In this document: positions 63,535-64,000 of the stretch, piece after piece
Layout: every line of letters begins with the position of its first letter
Numbering within the stretch: position 1 is the first letter of the stretch
Origin: Eremomyces bilateralis CBS 781.70
Taxonomy: Eukaryota
DNA length: 64,000 bases
Strand: one strand, 5' to 3'
Assembly: GCA_010015585.1 (NCBI GenBank)
Contig: ML975163.1
Position numbers and translations under genes: made by a program
Notes under the pieces: generated by a model
What the model was told of the DNA's origin: nothing
What the model saw: the letters and a program-made list of their open reading frames with translations, nothing else
Databases searched by the model: none

Positions 63535-64000
63535 ATGTCTTATCTCCCTGCTGAAGCCTTGGAACTCCATGGAGGCTGCTTCTGCTCCAAAATCCGCTAT
63601 ACCATCTCTCTCCCTTCCCGAGATGAGCGGCCCCTCATCCCAGGCGCCGTCCCAATACCGGTTGACGGGTCGGAGGAGTCTCCACCAGCGCGGTTCCCGT
63701 ACATGGACATTGATCACTGCTCAGATTGCCGTCGTGCTTGCGGTTCCATTGTCCAAGCATGGATCATCATTCCCCACGCATGGGTCAAGTGGCAGCTGGA
63801 GCAGAAGGACGGGAAGGGCAAGATAGACGTGGAAACAGGCGATGTTGTGCTGCCGTCAGACGAGCTGAAGACGAAGACGTTTATTGGCCATTTCAACTCC
63901 TCGGAAGATGTTCAGCGAGCATTCTGCTCCTTTTGCGGCACGCCTTTGACGTTCTGCTATACTGGGCCTCGCACCGGCTGGACGCTGGGCCCAATGGTCG
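63535..64000 (+). CDS. GFA/CENP-V (Mss4-like) zinc-binding protein, truncated by the window edge
   Basis: MSYLPAEALELHGGCFCSKIRY...DHCSDCRRACG...SSEDVQRAFCSFCGTPL; frame open to the window end. Confidence 0.88.
   Translation, partial: MSYLPAEALELHGGCFCSKIRYTISLPSRDERPLIPGAVPIPVDGSEESPPARFPYMDIDHCSDCRRACGSIVQAWIIIPHAWVKWQLEQKDGKGKIDVETGDVVLPSDELKTKTFIGHFNSSEDVQRAFCSFCGTPLTFCYTGPRTGWTLGPMV

Noticed and set aside
1..64000. tRNA, rRNA, snRNA, telomerase RNA, CRISPR array or intact transposase/reverse transcriptase
   Set aside because: No diagnostic motifs seen by eye; tRNAscan-SE, Infernal and a repeat search would be needed to exclude them formally

Overview
Intron-containing nuclear DNA from a filamentous ascomycete (Pezizomycotina, probably a Dothideomycete; taxon is inference). 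Introns are mostly 45-65 nt with GTRAGT/GTAYGT donors and CTRAC branch sites. About 18 protein-coding genes can be built by hand: BC10/BLCAP-like, M1 aminopeptidase (APE2-like), a ~994-aa disordered protein, velvet regulator veA with an ~11-kb gene-poor upstream region, SCD6/LSM14, a PEX39-like KPWE protein, ABZ1, a GPI-type protein, bHLH CBF1, an ABCB transporter, a MARVEL protein, a 2OG-Fe(II) oxygenase, SER1, a secreted Cys-rich repeat protein, a secreted DUF1524/HNH nuclease, a histidine acid phosphatase and a GFA protein cut by the window edge. There are two pseudogenes (HET-6-like; FAD oxidoreductase with RIP-like lesions). The most notable items the ORF track does not show are: a box C/D snoRNA (snR52-like, 18S Am420 guide) inside an SCD6 intron; an Arg-to-Gln change in the conserved velvet RAR motif next to a stop-free in-frame intron; a mitochondrial-type in-frame extension on the aminopeptidase; a diverged duplicate of the phosphatase promoter 9 kb away; and a possible spliced, ORF-poor transcript divergent from BC10. 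All family assignments are from motif recognition; no searches were run. No tRNA, rRNA, CRISPR array or intact transposon was recognised.
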